From Nostoc sp. DedSLP01 (GTDB lineage Bacteria > Cyanobacteriota > Cyanobacteriia > Cyanobacteriales > Nostocaceae), in the NCBI GenBank assembly GCA_034530875.2, contig JAVRCJ020000005.1, positions 96,001 through 160,000 of the forward strand: a stretch of DNA of 64,000 nucleotides, written 5' to 3'. Positions 59,685-64,000 of this stretch are shown piece by piece. The notes beneath the pieces are model-generated. The model was not told the DNA's origin, ran no database searches, and was given only the letters and a program-made list of their open reading frames with translations. Within the stretch, counting starts at the first letter, position 1. Each line of letters begins with the position of its first letter. Position numbers and translations under genes: made by a program.

Positions 59685-62600
59685 TTACTTTTTAAGTAAT
59701 TCTACAATCGTTGCGATTAAATCTTCTGGTTCCACAGGCTTGGAAATATGCCTTTGAAATCCTGCTTTGATTGCCTGGTCTTCATTAATGTCGCCAGCAT
59801 AGGCAGTCAAAGCGATCGCTTTTACATTCCCTCCCTGTGCTGGCGGCAGATTTCTCACCTGTTGCATCAGCATATAACCATCAATTTGGGGCATTCCAAT
59901 GTCGCTCAACAATACATCTGGTTTGAAGTGTGCTAAAGTTTTTAATGCTTCAGTGGCAGAATCCACTTGTACCACAAAAGCGCCTTCCTGCTCTAATACA
60001 AACGCCACGAACTCACGACTATCAGCATCATCGTCCACCACTAACACTTTGATGCCACTTAAGTCTAATACTTCCTCGATTTGCTTACCATCGCCATCGA
60101 CTTGCCCTTGAGTCAGCATTAGCGGTAACCCGACTATAAAAGTTGCTCCTAATCCTTCCCCTAAACTCTGGGCGCAGACAGTGCCACCATGTAACTCAAC
60201 TAAGCGGCGCACAATTGCCAGCCCTAATCCCAAACCGCCAAATTTTCTAGTAGTCGTACTATCAGCTTGACGAAAATAATCAAATACGAATGGGAGAAAC
60301 TGGGGTGAAATACCTTGACCGTTATCGTTGACTGTAATTTGAGCTACAGAGTTACAGCGTTCTAGCCTGATTTCTACTTGCCCTCCTGAAGGCGTAAATT
60401 TAATGGCATTTGCCAGCAAATTCCAGACAATTTGTTGTAAGCGGCTAGCGTCTCCCGCTACTTGCCCCATATCTGGCTGGAGTATAGTCTGTATTGTAAT
60501 TAACTTAGCCTCTGCTGCCAGTCGTACTGTTTCCATCGCGTTAGCAATTATCGATGCTAAATTTACAGGACTGTTATTCAGATTCAGCTTGCCTTGGAGA
60601 ATGCGCGACACATCCAATAAATCCTCGATTAATTGCGCTTGTAACTTGGCATTGCGCTCGATAGTTTTTAAACCTTCAGTCGTTTTTGCTTGGTCTAATT
60701 TTTTTGATTGCAGTAATCTCGACCATCCCAAAATTGGGTTGAGGGGTGTCCGCAACTCATGGGATAGCACTGCTAGAAATTGATCTTTGATGCGGTTTGC
60801 CTGTTCTGCCTCGGCTCTGGCTTGGCGTTCTGTTTCATATAATTGAGCGCGAACAATTGCCTGAGCGCATTGACGACTCAACGCTAAGACAAATTCGCGG
60901 TCATCCTGACTCAATGGCTGAAATTCTTTAAAAGCTAGGGACAAACCCCCGATCGCTTTGCCCTGAGTTACCAGAGGTATTGACATCCACGAGCTAAAAT
61001 CATAAGCTCTGTAGCCTTGCTCTAAATGAGGATAGCGGCGAACTCTATCTGCCAAGGTTTCTATCCACACTGGTTCTCCAGCGCGGATTGCATCTGCTAG
61101 CGGTACGGGACTATCAATGGGAAATCGCCGCCAACTTTCTAGCGAACCGGTATGATAACCAATGGCTTTGACAATCTCTAGTTCTGTTCTATCTTCACTG
61201 ACCAAAACTACTAAGGCAGAAGCCGCTTCTAATGCAGCCATACTTTGTTCGGCAATTACCTCTGCAACTTGTGATGCAGTCAGGGATTCAGAAAGGGCAG
61301 CTGTAACAGTTTGCAGGCGAGTAGTGCGGTCTGCTGCTTTTTCTGCGGCTTGTCTGGCTTCCTGTGCTGCTTGGTAAAGACGAGCATTATCAATGGCGAT
61401 CGCAGCTCGTTGAGCTAAATCTTCAGCCAAGGCTAAATCCATCATGCTGTAATAACGATTAGACTCGGCAAACACAAAGGAAATAGTTCCTAATACCCGT
61501 TCCCGCGCGATCAAAGGAGCGATAAGACATGACTTTAAGCCTAAATCGCGTAACAGTTGCAAATATTCCAAATCTTGAATGGCATCTCTCAACTGCTCGT
61601 CAGTAATTTCCAGAGCAACTTCCATTTGCCCAGTTTGCATCACCGCAGAGACTCCATAGCCATCATCCAAATGTCTGGGGTAGCGTTGAGCAATTTCCCA
61701 CCCTAGTTTCACCTTTTCAGGGTCAGAATGAGCAACAGCTACGCGGCTGATAGTGCCATCTTCATTTAGCAAATCAATGCTACACCAGTCACCAAAATAA
61801 GGGACAGCTAAATTAGCGATGCTTTTGAGGGTTTGTTCGTAGTCCAAGGAAGATGCCAAGGTAGCGCTGACTTCAGCCAGAAAAGCTGACTGCTGCTGTG
61901 CTGCTTGAGCTGCGGCACGAGCTACCTGTTCTCGCACGAGTTGGACTCGTTTTTCCTCGGCTTGTTGGCGTAAGCGAAGCTCCTCGAAGACATTGGTGAT
62001 ATCGTGCATCACGACAACAGCACCTTGTTTGTTACCATTGGCATCTACAATTGCTTGCCCGTTAGCACTGAGGATGCGCGCTACTCCTTGCTTTGGCACG
62101 ATCGCCATTTCTAAATTTTTCACCTGCTCTCCTTGTAATGCCCGAAACAAGGGAATATCGGCTGTGTTCATTGGCGTCTTGCCATCTGGCAAATACAAAT
62201 CGTACTGTTTTGCCCATTCTTCTGGCAAAAGTGGTTCTTCGGGTAGACCGTGAAATAATCTTGCTGCTTGGTTAAATAGCTTTAATCGTCCCTCGGCATC
62301 GCAAGCGACAATTCCGGCTTGCACGTTATCTAACAGAACATTGAGAAAATTTTGTTCTTTTCGCAGCGTTGTTTCTAACTCTTTTTGTTCTGTAATATCT
62401 AAAAAATAGGCTAATACGCCGCTGGCAATTGGAATCAGCCGCACCGCAACAGAGCAAGCCAATGTTGGATAAAACTCCTCAAACTCCACGGTCGCTTGTT
62501 GGCTAATTGCTTGATGATATTGTTGAGATAACTCAGTTTTAGTACCTGGGGGAAATACCTCCCATAATGGTTTACCAAGCAGATTGCCTCGGTTTGTTCC

Positions 62601-62807
62601 CAAAAGCTGTTCTATTTTTTTGTTGACAAAAGTTACATAGCCTGTATTATTTGTCTCGATAGAGGCTTCTGCTATGTTGTCTAAAATGGCTGCTAAACGT
62701 TCTTCTGGGGATTGAGTGCCTGTAACCAAGTGCGGGAAACCTCCAGCAAGTTCTTCCTCTGAGCTAATTTGTTTTAGGCGATCGCTTTTGGGATAAATTT
62801 TTTTCAT
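59685..62807 (-). CDS. Hybrid sensor histidine kinase (PAS-PAS-GAF-GAF-HisKA-HATPase-REC)
   Basis: SHELRTPL, NLLANAIKFT, DNGQGI, GLGLGL, VVDDD, SDIGMP and KP motifs. Confidence 0.95.
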   Translation of the reverse strand: MKKIYPKSDRLKQISSEEELAGGFPHLVTGTQSPEERLAAILDNIAEASIETNNTGYVTFVNKKIEQLLGTNRGNLLGKPLWEVFPPGTKTELSQQYHQAISQQATVEFEEFYPTLACSVAVRLIPIASGVLAYFLDITEQKELETTLRKEQNFLNVLLDNVQAGIVACDAEGRLKLFNQAARLFHGLPEEPLLPEEWAKQYDLYLPDGKTPMNTADIPLFRALQGEQVKNLEMAIVPKQGVARILSANGQAIVDANGNKQGAVVVMHDITNVFEELRLRQQAEEKRVQLVREQVARAAAQAAQQQSAFLAEVSATLASSLDYEQTLKSIANLAVPYFGDWCSIDLLNEDGTISRVAVAHSDPEKVKLGWEIAQRYPRHLDDGYGVSAVMQTGQMEVALEITDEQLRDAIQDLEYLQLLRDLGLKSCLIAPLIARERVLGTISFVFAESNRYYSMMDLALAEDLAQRAAIAIDNARLYQAAQEARQAAEKAADRTTRLQTVTAALSESLTASQVAEVIAEQSMAALEAASALVVLVSEDRTELEIVKAIGYHTGSLESWRRFPIDSPVPLADAIRAGEPVWIETLADRVRRYPHLEQGYRAYDFSSWMSIPLVTQGKAIGGLSLAFKEFQPLSQDDREFVLALSRQCAQAIVRAQLYETERQARAEAEQANRIKDQFLAVLSHELRTPLNPILGWSRLLQSKKLDQAKTTEGLKTIERNAKLQAQLIEDLLDVSRILQGKLNLNNSPVNLASIIANAMETVRLAAEAKLITIQTILQPDMGQVAGDASRLQQIVWNLLANAIKFTPSGGQVEIRLERCNSVAQITVNDNGQGISPQFLPFVFDYFRQADSTTTRKFGGLGLGLAIVRRLVELHGGTVCAQSLGEGLGATFIVGLPLMLTQGQVDGDGKQIEEVLDLSGIKVLVVDDDADSREFVAFVLEQEGAFVVQVDSATEALKTLAHFKPDVLLSDIGMPQIDGYMLMQQVRNLPPAQGGNVKAIALTAYAGDINEDQAIKAGFQRHISKPVEPEDLIATIVELLKK

Positions 62808-64000
62808 TTACTTGCTAACTAATTCTAAAATGGCTGCGATTAATTCCTCTGGTTCTACAGGTTTAGCAATATGTTTGCCAAATCCGGCAGCTATGGCAAG
62901 TTTTTGATTAATTTCTCCAGCATAAGCAGTCAAAGCGATCGCTTTGATATTTCCTCCCCGTTCTGGAGGCAGATTTCTTATCTGCTGCATCAACATATAG
63001 CCATCCATATCAGGCATTCCCACATCGCTGAGTAAAATGTCTGGTGTCGATTGTATTAATAGTTTTAGCGCTTCAGATGCCGATGCGGCTAAAATTACCT
63101 TTGCACCAGCTTGCTCTAACAGAAACCTGATATAGTCGCGGGTATCTGCATCATCATCTACCATGAGAATTTGCATATCCGCCAGGGATAAAGCCGCAGA
63201 CACATCTGATGCAGCATCAAAATTGAGTTCGTTGTCTGCTAAGGCTCTTTTGAGTAGCGGTATGCTGACTGTGAAAGTGGCTCCCTGTCCTTCGCCTAAA
63301 CTATGTGCCGTCACCATACCACCGTGTAATTCTGTGAGATGGCGGACAATTGCCAACCCTAACCCCAATCCACCGAATTTTCTCGTTGTGGCGGCATCTG
63401 CCTGACGAAAATAGTCAAATACGAATGGTAAAAAGTCCGGATTGATACCTCTACCTGTATCGGTGATGATAATTTGAGCTTGAGTACCAACACGCTGCAA
63501 ACGCACTTCTACAGACCCTCCGACATCTGTAAACTTCACTGCATTCGATAACAAATTCCAGAATATTTGCTGTAAACGTGCCGTATCTCCTGATACTTGA
63601 AATTGATAATTTTGAGATTTTGCAGCCAGTCCCAGCGATTGAGAAGTTTCGCCGATGGAGTTGAGATTACTTAATTGTTCGGTATAAAGATTTGCCGATA
63701 CTAAATCTGATATTGAAAATTGCAAATTGATAGACTTGGCTTGGGCAGCCAGGCGCACCGTCTCGATTGCGGCGGCGATGGTAGTTTCTAAATTAACTGG
63801 GGCAATGTTGAGACTGAGCTTTCCTTGGAGAATACGGGATACATCGAGTAAATCTCCAATTAACTGAGTTTGCAATTGGGCATTGCGTTCGATGGTTTCT
63901 AGGGCGTAAGCTGTTTTTTGGGCATCCAATTTGGAATTGCGGAGCAGTTTTGCCCAGCCGAGAATGGGGTTGAGGGGCGTCCGCAATTCATGGGATAAGA
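62808..64000 (-). CDS. Hybrid sensor histidine kinase, C-terminal part (5' end outside the window)
   Basis: (L)SHELRTPLNPILGW at the window edge, NAVKFT, DTGRGI, REC domain; its stop codon directly abuts the next ATG (TAAATG). Confidence 0.93.
   Translation of the reverse strand, partial: LSHELRTPLNPILGWAKLLRNSKLDAQKTAYALETIERNAQLQTQLIGDLLDVSRILQGKLSLNIAPVNLETTIAAAIETVRLAAQAKSINLQFSISDLVSANLYTEQLSNLNSIGETSQSLGLAAKSQNYQFQVSGDTARLQQIFWNLLSNAVKFTDVGGSVEVRLQRVGTQAQIIITDTGRGINPDFLPFVFDYFRQADAATTRKFGGLGLGLAIVRHLTELHGGMVTAHSLGEGQGATFTVSIPLLKRALADNELNFDAASDVSAALSLADMQILMVDDDADTRDYIRFLLEQAGAKVILAASASEALKLLIQSTPDILLSDVGMPDMDGYMLMQQIRNLPPERGGNIKAIALTAYAGEINQKLAIAAGFGKHIAKPVEPEELIAAILELVSK

Noticed and set aside
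1..64000. Prophage, integrase or autonomous transposase
   Set aside because: No phage structural, recombinase or transposase ORF recognised in the window.

Overview
Chromosomal window from a filamentous heterocyst-forming-type cyanobacterium (Nostocales-like: abundant HIP1 GCGATCGC octamers, heptamer STRR repeats, small dispersed repeats). Most genes are housekeeping or conserved cyanobacterial ones: ndhP, 6S RNA, a beta-CASP nuclease, Nif3, YjbQ, cystine lyase, TM0106 nuclease, two SpkA-type kinases, tRNA-Asp, gltX, ftsH2, pepP, trpG-dgkA-ybeY-DUF3285-prfB, sigJ/sigF, chlD, CBS-CP12, lptA/B/F-G, rubrerythrin, an OYE reductase, LysR/CadD, and two tandem hybrid histidine kinases. Four observations stand out. 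(1) A second, full-length RF2 homologue lies directly upstream of prfB; it keeps the autoregulatory CTT-TGA-C +1 frameshift cassette but has lost the catalytic GGQ loop and SPF motif, and it carries one in-frame TGA-C. (2) A ~4.1 kb HIP1-free island at the 3' end of gltX is bounded by an imperfect ~55-bp direct repeat. It encodes two adjacent proteins sharing an N-terminal helical-hairpin domain, one of them a HEAT-repeat, NLR-like protein without an NTPase domain; this is a candidate conflict/defence module. (3) Several otherwise intact accessory genes are each broken by a single stop or a single-base indel. (4) There is a rich set of MITEs and nested tiny repeats, including an in-frame 21-nt insertion in a kinase. 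All family assignments come from motif recognition by eye; no database searches were run.
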